Shown here one piece after another: positions 52,413 to 64,000 of a DNA stretch of 64,000 bases. The position numbers were made by a program, and so were the translations under genes. Below the pieces are notes generated by a model. The model did no database searches, was not told the DNA's origin, and saw only the letters and a list, made by a program, of their open reading frames with translations. Each line of letters starts with the position of its first letter. Positions within the stretch are counted from its first letter, which is position 1. The stretch is from Mobula hypostoma (lineage: Eukaryota). Location: contig NC_086097.1 of the NCBI RefSeq assembly GCF_963921235.1, positions 143,656,001-143,720,000 on the forward strand. Reading direction: 5' to 3'.

Positions 52413-53619
52413 CTAATCCACTCAATAGCTCCTGAAGCTCCTGGCGTACCAGAACTTTGATGAATTTTTACAGCACTGTCACTTTGCCTGATGTATTTTC
52501 TTAAGGGAGTTGAGTAAATTTGTCTACTATGGATTAGGTGTGTGTTATCACCAATACCCACTATGATGAAACAGAGTGAGTTTGCTTCAGTAGATGATAC
52601 TGCATCCCATTTATTAATGCTGACAGTTAAACCTTGAATTAACGCTGCTACAACAAAGCCAAAATCAACCTTGAGGAACAATTGCTCCCCTCTTTGAGCA
52701 AAATGCAGCCTTGAAAGTTGCAATATAGCACTTTCAAACTTTATATAGCTACACTTCGTGACAGATTCAGAACTGGCTATTTCTGTTGTTTTTATTCTGT
52801 TTATTCTTTTACTATTTTATAGCCTAGCTGATAGGAATGTCCCACAGTCTTATTATTAGCAACACGTTACACAAAGAAGCACTTGCTGCCAAAGTAAGTC
52901 ATGTGGTCTCACCCTATTTACCTTCGTTCTACTCATCCATTCCAAACTTTTTCTGTGATTGAATATCAGTTTATTTTCGCTCTCAGTTTTGATGAAAGGT
53001 CCCAGAACTGGAACAGTATCTGTTTTTCTTGCCATAGATGCTGTCTTACTTGCTGAATTTTTCCAGATTTTTCTATTTTTATTTCAGATTTCCAGCATCT
53101 GCAGGTATTTTGATACTCATTTAGTTGAAAAAGTTCCTTTTTTTTCAGAACTTAGGCGTACTTCACAGTGAGATTTTCCCATCACTTGTTTCAATCGGTC
53201 CAACTATCTGTTGATTTTTCAGCTTGTTCTAGTCTGCTTCTCACTCAGAAACTTGCAGACTCAGGGTTTTCTTAACAACATTCTTTACAATGACACTGAC
53301 ACACATTGCTAAAAAGTGTCAAAGTGTTGTCCTTATCCTAATTGCAAAGCAAGTTCCAAAGTCCCCTGTTTCAAAGAAAATAAACCAATCTTATCAAATC
53401 TTTCTGTGTAGCTACGTTTCCAATCTTGCACCTTCCTCGTAAAACTTTTTCTCTGCACTCTTTAATTTCTCTCCAGTCCAGCTGTATATTTTCTGTAAAG
53501 TGATGACTAGAATTATATCCAGGGCATGATCCAACTGGAATTGCATACAATTCTGGTATAAATATTGGTCTGTGAGCAATAACATTCATGTAGTTTTTCC
53601 ATAAAAAGTGTGAAATAGG

Positions 53620-53865
53620 CCCTTCTGGCCCTTCGAGGCACGACACCCAGTAATCCGCCGATTTAGTCCCAGCCTAATCATGGGACAATTTACACTGTTC
53701 AATCAACCTACTAACTGGTATGTCTTTGGATTGTGGGAGGAAACCAGAGCACCCAGGGGAAACCCACACGGTCACGGAGAGAACGTACAAAGTCCTCACA
53801 GGAATTGAACCCGGGTCATCTGTACTGTAAAGTGTTGTGTTCACCACTAAGCTACTGTGCTGCCA
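53620..53865 (-). mobile_element. tRNA-derived V-domain SINE
   Basis: gtagcttagtgg / gggttcaattcc boxes; tgtacgttctctccgtgaccgtgtgggtttcccctgggtgctctggtttcctcccac. Confidence 0.8.
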
Positions 53866-53962
53866 CAATGATGTCATCCCTTTAAAGTTTGTTTATTAAC
53901 TACTTGTGGTTCAACAATGAGAAAAGCAAGTTCCAGAATGAGTCACAACTTTAATAATGTCA

Positions 53963-54677
53963 ACAACAGGAATTCTGCAGATGCTGGAAATTCAAGCAAC
54001 ATACATCAAAGTTGCTGGTGAACGCAGCAGGCCAAGCAGCATCTATAGGAAGAGGTGCAGTCGACGTTTCAGGCCGAGACCCTTCGTCAGGACTAACTGA
54101 AGGAAGAGTGAGTAAGGGATTTGAAAGTTGGAGGGGGAGGGGGAGATCCAAAATGATAGGAGAAGACAGGAGGGGGAGGGATAGAGCCGAGAGCTGGACA
54201 GGTGATAGGCAAAAGGGGATACGAGAGGATCATGGGACAGGAGGTCCGGGAAGAAAGACAAAGGGGGGGGTGACCCAGAGGATGGGCAAGAGGTATATTC
54301 AGAGGGACAGAGGGAGAAAAAGGAGAGTGAGAGAAAGAATGTGTGCATAAAAATGAGTAACAGATGGGGTACGAGGGGGAGGTGGGGCCTTAGCGGAAGT
54401 TAGAGAAGTCGATGTTCATGCCATCAGGTTGGAGGCTACCCAGACGGAATATAAGGTGTTGTTCCTCCAACCTGAGTGTGGCTTCATCTCCACAGTAGAG
54501 GAAGCCGTGGACAGACATGTCAGAATGGGAATGGGATGTGGAATTAAAATGTGTGGCCACTGGGAGATCCTGCTTTCTCTGGCGGACAGAGCGTAGATGT
54601 TCAGCAAAGCGGTCTCCCAGTCTGCGTCGGGTCTCACCAATATATAAAAGGCCACATTGGGAGCACCGGACGCAGTA
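53963..54677 (-). mobile_element. Young truncated Penelope-like retroelement (GIY-YIG endonuclease C-terminus plus 3' end)
   Basis: Open frame 54677-54390 (not in the ORF track, no start codon): YCVRCSQCGLLYIGETRRRLGDRFAEHLRSV...PVATHFNS...LEEQHLIFRLGSLQPDGMNIDFSNFR*; 11-bp TSD TAATAATGTCA (53952-53962 and 54678-54688). Confidence 0.93.
54058..54095 (-). ncRNA. Minimal type I hammerhead ribozyme motif in the Penelope-like element
   Basis: UAGUC-CUGACGA-AGG(GUCUCGG)CCU-GAAA-CG-UC-GACUG: core CUGANGA and GAAA, GUC triplet, stem I UAGUC/GACUG. Confidence 0.75.
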
Positions 54678-57120
54678 TAATAATGTCAGTTGGCTCTGTA
54701 TGCTGCTTTTTTTAACATAAAGATTTTTGCCATGTGTTTAAATGACATTTGCAGTGATTTGTGGTTTTGCAGTGGCTTTTGATGAAAATCTTGTATTTAG
54801 CTGCATTACCTGAATTAGAATAGGAAATTCCAGGTTCCACTCACAACCCTCTCATGCCCTCACCCACTCTGGATGTTTACTGAGAGACAGCAAGTTGAAT
54901 GGTTTAATTGAGAGGAATAACTCTGCCCACACCAGTGAATTTTATGGCTATGAACAGAGAGCGAGGAAGGAAGGGTTTACATTGTACATTGGATTGGTTA
55001 CAGCAGATAAAGATGAGCATGTGAAAGTAAAGGTTATCTCATTGGTTGCAAAGATGAAGAATTATACTGGACAATAAAGCCTTCATATGACACCCGAGGG
55101 GATCAATTATGAGTTCTATCACACTTTGCAACCTGCTGGTAATAAAGCAATTAATATTTAACAGTTATTTACACACAGCCAGGAACAGGGAGAAGTCATC
55201 AATTGGCCTGTGATGAACAAGGATATCAGTGATCAAATGCAAAAGTTGTCAGTCCTGAAGATCCCTAGAAAGGAATCAGCAAAGGAAACATATCATTCCT
55301 ACCGGTTACCCTTGGGTAAACAACAGACCAGATCAGCTTCATCCAGAGGAGAAAATATAACCAGATATATTTCAAATACCTGATAGATAGACCATTCAGA
55401 AAATCAATTGCTCGTCACCAAAGGTCATTCAGAAATTCAGAGTTTGCTAGATCGTTGGTGTCTGAAGTGCTGATCAGAATTTATAGCAGACAACTTAGTG
55501 AGGCTCCTAAAGGACTGCCAGTCTGATTATAGTGTCACTTTCTTGGAGTAAAGGCAAGACTGAAAAGGAAAAGGAACCATCGAAGAAGGCTAACTCAGAA
55601 TCATTACCCTGTTTGAACATCTCACCCTTCGGCTGTACTGGAACTCAATGACCAATGAGCAGTCTTGTGCAGAGACTCATGAGCACATGAAGTTGAATTC
55701 AATTCCCAACAACAGAAAGGCAAAAAAACAAATGTACAGGAATGTGTTATAAGCCTACAAGAGATGGGCATACCTTTACAATGTCAGAGAGAGCGAATTG
55801 GGAAATAGGAGGCAGTCTGCAATTTCCTTATTGGGTCTTCTGTGCAGTGGATGCAGTTGCAACCAACAACATGTTTGATAGCCACCATTCTTTGTCCAGT
55901 TGGCATGAATTTACTGGTACTATTAGATTTCTAGGTGAAAGTAATTAAAGTGCTTGAGACGAAGATAGCAAAACCAGTAAAGGTCAATTAAGTAGTGAGT
56001 GTCGGTGTAACTAAATGAATTTAAATGGATGAGTTATAAATAGAAATAAGACTTGTAGAGATGAATGAACCTATACAGCATGAAATGGGCTTGAAAATGA
56101 AACAGGTAATAATACACTGAGTGTGGAAAATAAACTAATTAACTTAATAGAGATCCAGAAAAAGTATCCAAGTACTGATGTGAGTAAATGGAATTCAAAT
56201 GGATGGTGTAATAGCAGCATGGTAGGGAGGACCAAAGAGTGCTTTAAAACTCTCTGACTTCACACGTGCTGGTTGGTATAGATGGGTACTTGATGGGTAC
56301 TTAAAGGTTCACCATTGCAAATGTAACATTTTACCCTTTAATCTACTTTTTCAGTCACTTTTCCTACCTCTGTGCTCATATAATACTTTCATTTGCACTT
56401 AAGACACCAGTTTAAGATCTAATAATACTCACTATGAAACTGGATTTGAAATTCTACCATGATGTGGTTTCTAAGAGAACCTTTCCCACAGATTTCTTAA
56501 TTAGTTATGTCCATGGCACAATGACGGATTCCTGGTGATCCTGACTCACTTCTTCCTCTCACCTCCTTTAACTGCCCACTTCCCTCCTACGTTCTCAGTC
56601 CTGATGCGGGGAATTGAATCAGAACACCAGCCATCCTTTGCTTCCACAGATGCTGCTTGATCCATTATATTCTTCCAGCAGTTTATCTTTTACTCCATGC
56701 TACTGCAGCTGCAGTCTCTTGCTGTCATGGTCCCAAATGAACACGTTTCGGTGCTCCATTTTCCTCAGAGAATGGTTAGCTGCTGCTGCCTCTTTAAGAC
56801 TCAGACTGCCATTTATTTCCTGCTACGTTCCTACATGGAGACATTGTACTTAAAGGCCCCGGGCTAAGTACTTAGTTCTCAATTGTAGGAGTTCATTTCT
56901 AATAATTACTGTTTGTGATTACATCTTTGTTTATTTTCTCTTGTTTATTGTGAGTCTGAGATAATTCTAGACCTTGCTCTGCATTTGGGTTCACCACCAT
57001 CCACAGCTCTCTTGTTACAGTTCTGTCTCCAAATTAGCCTCAACATTATGTCCTAAGAAGTCATCCCAGAGAAAATCTATGTACTTCTCCTCAAGACTAT
57101 CCCTGCCAGTGTGAATGGCA

Positions 57121-58060
57121 ATGAATGCAAAACGCAGGAAGGTAGACACTGGGTGCCGATATTTCTGAGACACTGGGACACTAGATTACTTCTTCATCGA
57201 GCAAGCTGGGAAACCAGTTTGTCTCATTTGCCTAGAAAATGAGACGAAGGTCTAAGAATTGAGAAAAGAGTTTTCGTCTCGTTTTGCTGATTTTCGCTTG
57301 CATGCAAATGAGTTCGAACTGTTTGCTACTCCATTTGACATGGAAGTGGACACTGCATCAAAAATTTTTCAAATGGAATTGATTGAGATGCAGTGTGACG
57401 ACATATTGAGATTGAAATTTCATTCTGAAGATGTGTCAGTGCTTGACTTCTATAGAAAATATATTCATCCAAGTGGGAAGTATCCTAACTTACTGGACCA
57501 TGCAAAAAAGATGGCATCATTGTTTGGCAGCACTTATCTGTGTGAGCAATTATTTTCAAAAATGAAGCACACCAAGAACCATTTGAGAACAAGATTGACT
57601 GATGCCCATCTGGATAATGTCTTGCTCTTGGCATCAACAAGTCTGACACCCAATATTGAGAAGCTTTCAAGCAACAAACAGCATCAAGTTTCACATTGAT
57701 TTATCGACTGTTTGCATTAAAATTTTCTTTTTTTATTATACATAATTTACCACCATTCAATGCATCATATTCATACGTTTTATGTGTAAAGATTTTTTGT
57801 GTCCTTTTAATAGATTCAAAAGATGCCTTGATTGAAATAAATTGCAACTAAACTGAGTTCTTTGATTACTAATTGGCATCCTTGGTTAAGCACAAATGAT
57901 TTTCTAGCATACGTTATTCATTAATTTAGGGCAAAGCATAACTAGTTGTACTTAAATGGATAATTCCCATATTTCAAGTTTTTATGGCATTTATCCGGCC
58001 CACAGTCCGCTCATTAATACACGATCCGGCCCACAGAGGCAAAAAGGTTGCCGACCCCTG
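57121..58060 (+). mobile_element. Internally deleted hAT transposon (Buster/SPIN/GTF2IRD2-like)
   Basis: N-terminus KRRKVD...DYFFIEQAGKPVCLIC joined to C-terminus EFSSRFADF...FQMELIEMQCD...LFGSTYLCEQLFSKMK...RTRLTDAHL...QHQVSH*; right TIR ggttgccgacccctg (58046-58060) followed by gtcTAtcc; 13-bp subterminal repeats atccggcccacag (57993, 58024). Confidence 0.9.
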
Positions 58061-58349
58061 GTCTATCCGTTTGGGCTGCCAGTTTGAACTCAAGTCACAA
58101 TGTTGCCTGGTTTGATGCAAGCTAATTAACACAATCCCATTGTTTGAATGATTGGATTTACCAATTTACTGCTTGCAATTTACAATAAGGACAAAAGGCT
58201 AATTGCAAGCATCCTGAATTTATTTATATTTACAATAAGAACTGAAGACTGGTTCTTGTTTGAATTAATGCTGCTATATCCACATAACTCCAGAACAATC
58301 TTAACCACACTATTAATATCTCCATCCAAATTTGGTCTAAATCCAGCAA

Positions 58350-59840
58350 CAACAGAGACCCCAAAAAGTGTTTTAAAAAGATGCAATCCTTGAGAGTTTA
58401 AACAGAGCAGAAATAGGGGAACTGAGAGTTTAAACACAACAGGGACAGAGGCTCTGAGAGTTTGAAAATAGTGGGAGGAGAAATCCTAAACACTGAAGGA
58501 AGAGACGTCTCAAGAGTTTAAATACAGTGGAAACAGAGGCCCTGAGAATTTAAACACAGCAGGAAGAGAGGCCCCAAGAGTTAAACACAGTGGGATTAGA
58601 ACCCACAAGAGTTTAAACGCCGTGGGATTAGAGACCCCAAAAGTTTAAACATAGTGGGATTAGAAACCCCAAGAGTTTAAACACAGTGGGATTAGAGATC
58701 CCAAGAGTTTAAACACAGTTGTATTAGAAATCCCAAGAGTTTAAATACAGTGGGATTAGGGACCCCAGGAGTTTAAACACAGTAGAAGTGGAGATCCCAA
58801 GAGTTTAAACACACTGGGATTAGAGAACCCAAGAGTTTAAACATAGCGGGATTAGAGATCCCAAGAGTTTAAACATAGCGGGATTAGAAACCCTAAGAGT
58901 TTAAACATAGCGGGATTAGGGACCCAGGAGTTTAAACACAGTGGAATTAGAGATCCCAAGAGTTTAAACACAGTGGGATTAGAGATCCCAAGAGTTTAAA
59001 CACAGTTGTATTAGAAATCCCAAGAGTTTAAATACAGTGGGATTAGGGACCCCAGGAGTTTAAACACAGTAGAAGTGGAGATCCCAAGAGTTTAAACACA
59101 CTGGGATTAGAGAACCCAAGAGTTTAAACACAGTGGGAATACAGACCCCAAGACTTTAAACACAGTGGGATTAGGGACCCAAGAGTTTAAAAACAGTAGT
59201 AGAAATCCCAAGAGTTTAAACACAGTGGAAATAGAGACCCTGAGAATTTAAACACAGTGGAAATAGAGACCCTGAGAGTTTAAACACAGTGGAAATAGAG
59301 ACCCTGAGAGTTTAAACACAGTGGAAATAGAGACCCTGAGAATTTAAACACAGTGGAAATAGAGACCCTGAGAGTTTAAACACAGTGGAAATAGAGACCC
59401 TGAGAATTTAAACACAGTGGAAATAGAGACCCTGAGAGTTTAAACACAGTGGAAATAGAGACCCTGAGAGTTTAAACAGTGGGAAAAAAAGGTCCCAAGC
59501 ACTTAAATTTAGCAGGAACACAGATCCTGGAAGTTTAAATACAGCAGGAAAAGAGGCATCAAGAGTTATAAAATACAATGGGAACAGAAGCTCTGGAAGT
59601 TTAAACACACTTACAACAGAGAAACTGAAGATCCAAACCCAACAAGGACAGAGTGCTGGAAGTCTAAGCAGAGGAGGAAGAGAGATCCAAAGAGTTTAAA
59701 CATGGCAGGAGAAAAGAGTGAGAGCTTAGACACAGTGGGAGCAAAGACCACAAGAGTTCAAAAACAGTCCTGATAAATCAAGCAGAGCACTAAGAGAATT
59801 TGAACACAACAAGAACAGAAATGCAACAGTTTAAACACAA
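58350..59840. repeat. 32-bp minisatellite with homogeneous core and decayed flanks
   Basis: Unit AGAGTTTAAACACAGTGGGATTAGAGATCCCA and variant GAGTTTAAACACAGTGGAAATAGAGACCCTGA. Confidence 0.95.
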
Positions 59841-60124
59841 CATGGATCTGGAAGTGGGTTGAAGGTCTGATATCAGAGTTCATGACTGTAGTAGGCAGAA
59901 CAGAAGATGAGTCGTAGCTTGGTGAGTGGACGGTAAACAAACTCTGCTTCACAAATTATAAACTGTAAAGTTAGAGCTGCTCAGGAGAGTACAATGTGGG
60001 AAAGCTGTCGACAGCTCCAGTGACCTAGGAAACCACAAGAGCAGGAAGCATCTGCAGCTGCAGCAGTTTAAACTCTGGCTTTCAGAGTTTCCATCATGAC
60101 AGGTCAACAGCAGTTCCATTCCAT

Positions 60125-60670
60125 TGGCTTTTCACTCGATCCTGGAACATCTGGACAGCGTTTTGCATGCATCAGGATGTTATTCATTGACTACAGCTCA
60201 TCATTTAATACTATCATCCCCTCAAAACCAATATATAAGGTTCAAGTCTTTGGCCTCTATAGCTCGTTGTGCATTGGATCCTTAATTTCCTCACTTGCAG
60301 ACCCCATTCAGTTCAGATTGGCAACAACATCTCCTCTATACTCTCCATCAGCACAGGTGCACCACAAGGCTTTATACTTATGACTGTGAGGCTAAGCACA
60401 ACTCCAATGCCATACTTAAATTTGCTGACAACACCACTGTTGTTGGCCAAATAAAGGGTGGTGACAAATCAACATATAGGAAGGAAGTTGAAAATCTGGC
60501 TCAGCGGTGCCACAACACAACTTATTATTCAATGTCAGCAAGACCAAGGAGATAACTATTGACTTCAGAAGGAGGAAACCAGATTGCCCGCAAAAAAATT
60601 AATCTCAGGATTGTATGTGGTGACATGCACTTCGTGAATACTTTGTTGATAAATTCACTTTACTTTGACA
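60125..60670 (+). mobile_element. Rex1/Babar RT fragment
   Basis: [51 protein letters not shown]. Confidence 0.85.
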
Positions 60671-61664
60671 TTTGGAAGTATGACTGGATTTACTGTGGTT
60701 AAAATGTTTAAGAATGTGCCCACAAAGAAGGAGTGGGTTAATACCAGGTCGAAGCGACAAAGTAGGCAGGTGGTGCAGGTGGCCATTCAGCCCATCTTTC
60801 TCATAAACAGAGTCTCCCTTTGAGTATAGCTGAGGATGATCATTCCTTGGGGGAGCCACAACCATGACATCACAGTGACTCAGCGGCACAGGACACAATG
60901 AAGAAGAGAGCAGTAGCTGTCACCTCTGTGGTCATACGTGCAAGTCTAGAATGGGGTGTTGTCTCCCGAGATGTCAGAGAGTCCTGACCAGACTTATCTC
61001 CATAGATCTGTACTCCCTGGTTATTGACACTTCCATCACTGTAAGCATTCTGTCAAAAATACTTCAAAATTTTAACATCTCTCAAATCTCTGAAACTTAG
61101 GCTGCAGATTCTTTGTTTCCCTGCCTTCAAGGTCTGTGACATACTGAAATAATAAAACAAGTCATATTAATTTTTAAACTTCAAATATATAAATATACTC
61201 TGTAACTTTTTTCATCTTTTTAAACTGCTCTTTACGGCATGGTTTCCTTTCATAACAGATGTTGATACTTTGTCTCCTTTTATATTTATTCAATAACTCT
61301 GTCATAATGTACTTCTTTTCCATTCTTACTAGTTTGCACCTAGATATCAGTTCATGTATCATCAAAGTGTAATACAGCATAGAAGCAGACCCCTAGAACC
61401 AATAGAAACAGCTCACTGTATCCATGCTGACCATCAATAGTCTTTGGAAAAATGCTGGAATCCATTATTGTGAAAGTAACAGCAGCTCAATCAAAGTAAT
61501 TAAGCAGAGTTAAAATGGTTTTATTTCTATGTATCTATCGATCTACCTATCTATCTTTTTGCTCATTTACTTAGAGATACACTATGGAACAGGCCTTTCC
61601 GGCCCAACGAGCCACACCACCCAGAATCCCACCTACTTAACACTAAACTAATCACAGGACAACC

Positions 61665-64000
61665 TATGACCTGTATAAAAGGGACAGGTTACACCTAAAC
61701 CCAAAGGGGGACCAATATCCTTGTGGGCAGGTTTGCAAGGACAGTTGGGGAGGGTTTAAACTGAATTGGCAGAGGGATGGTAAACTGAATGATAGGGCTG
61801 AAGATGGTGCAGTTGGTACACAAGCAGAGACCGTGTGTAGTGAGATTGTCAGGAAGGACAGGCAGATGATTGGGCAAGACTGCATTCAGTGGGAGGAGCT
61901 GCAGTGGAACAGGGGGCCAAAATAAAAAAGGATGCTGAATACAGGCTGAAGGTGTTATATTTGAACGCACAAGTATATGGAATCAGGTAGATGATCTTGT
62001 GATGCAGTTAGAGGTAGGCATGTATAATGTTGCGGGCATCACTGGGATGTAGCTGAAAGAACATTATAGCTGGGAACTTAAGATCCAGGGATACACATTG
62101 TATCAAAAGGACAGGCAGGTAGGCAGAGGGGCTGGCATAGCTCTGTTGGTAAAAAAAAAGAAATTAAATCCTTAGAAAGAGGTGAGTTAGGATCAGAAGA
62201 TGCAGAATTGTCATGGGTAGAGTTAAGGAACTGCAAGGGTAAAAAGACTCTGACAGGAGTTATATACAAGCTTCTGAACAGTAGCCAGCATGTGGGTTAC
62301 TAATTAAAATGGGAGATTAAAAAATGCATGTCAAAAGGGCAATGTTATGATAGTCGTGGGGGTTTTTATATGCAGTTAGATTGGGAAAATCAGGTGCTAA
62401 TTTTGGATCCCAAGAGAGAGAATCTGTAGCATGCCAATGAGATTTTTTAGAGTAAATTGTGGGTTGAGTCCACTGGATTCTGGATTGGGTGTTGTGTAAA
62501 GTCCCAGAGTTGATTAGGGAATTCAAAGTAAAGGAACCTTTCAGAAGCATGAATAATATTATGATAGAATACATATAAGTCATTCAATTTGAGAGACAGA
62601 GAAGCTGAAGACAGATGTATCAGTATTACAGTGGAATAAATCGAATAACAGAGACATGAGAGAGGAGCTGGACAAAGTTGATTGGAAGGGGACACTAGCA
62701 AAGATGACGGCAGAGCAGCAATGGCTGGAATTTCTAGAAGGGATTTGGAAGGTGCAAGATAGAAACATTCCAAAGTAGAAGTCTAAAGGCAGGATGATGC
62801 AACTGTGGCTGACAAGGGAAGTCAAAGGCAACATAAAAGCTAAAGAGAGGGTATATAATAGAGCAAAAAGTAGTTAAAAGTTAGAGGACTGGGAAGCTTT
62901 TAAAAACCAACAGGAGGCAACTGAAAAAAAGCTGTAAGGAGGGAAAAGATGAAATTTGTAGATAAGCCAGCCAATAATATCAAAGAGGATACCAAACATT
63001 TTTTTTAGATATATAAGGAGTAAAACAGAGGCGAGTGGACTGCTGAAAAATGATGCTGGAGAGGTAGTAATGGGGGACAAGGAAATGGCAGATGAATTGA
63101 ATAAGTATTTTGCATCGGTCTTCACCATGGAAGACACCAACAGTATACCAGAAGTTCTAGAGTGTCCAGGGCCAGCATTTAGTGCAATTCCTATTACTAA
63201 GGCATGTGTTGGGCACGTGGCCAAGTGGTTAAGGCGTTCGTCTAGTTATCTCAAGGTGGTTAGTTCGAGCCTCAGCTGCGGCAGCGTGTTTGTGCCCTTG
63301 AGCAAGACACTTAATCACACATTGCTCTAGTCTGTGCGAGGAGTGGCACAGGAGGAATTCCAATCTGCGCCTTGTAAGGGATGAAAATGCCCGATGCAGG
63401 CCTCTCATTGTCTGAGTCGACGTTCCCTCCCTCCCTCCCTCCCTATTACTAAGGAGAAGCTGTAAGTTCTGAAGGTAGATAAGTCACCTCGACGAGATGG
63501 ACTACATCCATGTTTCTGAAAGAGGTAGCTGAAGAAATTGAGGAGGCATTAGTAATGATCTTTCAAGAATCAATTGAATCATGGATCCAGAGGATGGGAA
63601 GATTGCAAATGTCACTCCACTCTTCAAGAAGGGAGGGAGGCAGAAGAAAGGAAGTTATAGACCAGTTAGCTTGACATCAGTGGTTGGGAAGATGTTGGAG
63701 TTGATTGTTAAGGACAGGGTTTTGGGGCACCCGATACAATAGGCCAAAGTCAGTAGGGTTATCTTAAGGGAAAATCTTGCCTGACAGATTTGTTGGGATT
63801 CTTTGAGGAAATTACAAGCAGGATAGACAAAGGATAATTGGTAGATTTTCTGTATTTGGATTATAAGAAGGCATTTGACAAGGTACTGCACATGAGGCTG
63901 CTTAGTAAGTTGAGAGTTCACGGTATTACAGGAACGTTACAAGCGTGGATAGAGCATTGGCCGATTGGCAGGAGGCCAATGAATAAAGAGAGCCTTTTCT
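61665..64000 (+). mobile_element. Long degenerate CR1 LINE (ORF1 end, endonuclease, RT start), running off the window
   Basis: LYKRDRLHLNPKGTNILVGRF; GDKEMADELNKYFASVFTMED; WKIANVTPLFKKGGRQKKGSYRPVSLTSVVGKMLE-like sequence at ~63596-63700. Confidence 0.9.
63203..63441 (+). mobile_element. tRNA-derived SINE with a CORE-like segment and (CCCT)n tail, inserted in CR1
   Basis: A box TGGCCAAGTGG (63218-63228), B box GTTCGAGCC (63263-63271), gtgcccttgagcaagacacttaa; 13-bp TSD CCTATTACTAAGG (63190-63202 and 63442-63454). Confidence 0.9.

Noticed and set aside
56723..57019. Possible solo LTR (TGTCA...TTACA with gcatttgggttc near the end)
   Set aside because: Flanks cttgc and gttct do not form a TSD; not supportable without a library search.
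58350..59840. CRISPR-like periodicity with a palindromic GTTTAAAC
   Set aside because: Units are head-to-tail with no unique spacers, there are no cas genes, and the context is vertebrate; it is a minisatellite.
60860..60935. Hydrophobic mini-ORF MTTEVTATALFFIVSCAAESL* as TMIE exon 1
   Set aside because: No convincing phase-0 donor before the stop codon.
63208..63285. tRNA gene
   Set aside because: A and B boxes are present, but it continues into a SINE body and tail bounded by a TSD.

Overview
Eukaryotic, repeat-dominated vertebrate genomic DNA. The repeat landscape (abundant CR1-type LINE 3' ends, Rex1/Babar, V-domain SINEs, Penelope-like elements) suggests a cartilaginous fish, probably a ray; this is inference. 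The only host gene I can support is TMIE (transmembrane inner ear protein, a hair-cell mechanotransduction channel subunit) on the minus strand. Two coding exons (37269-37383 and 24475-24624) have canonical splice sites, compatible phases and clear peptide similarity. A possible first coding exon lies at 43136-43192, and the Lys-rich last exon was not found. Most other ORFs in the track are transposon fragments or unexplained short, probably chance, ORFs. Several nested insertions have readable target-site duplications (TSDs): a solo LTR in a Penelope end, an RTE in a CR1, a solo LTR in a Rex1, and a tRNA-SINE in a CR1. Also present are a young Penelope-like insertion carrying a minimal hammerhead ribozyme motif, a Passport-like Tc1, an in-frame internally deleted hAT element and a structured 32-bp minisatellite. 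I do not see convincing evidence of a wholly new biological system. Boundaries of old repeats are approximate, and all family assignments come from recalled motifs, not database searches.
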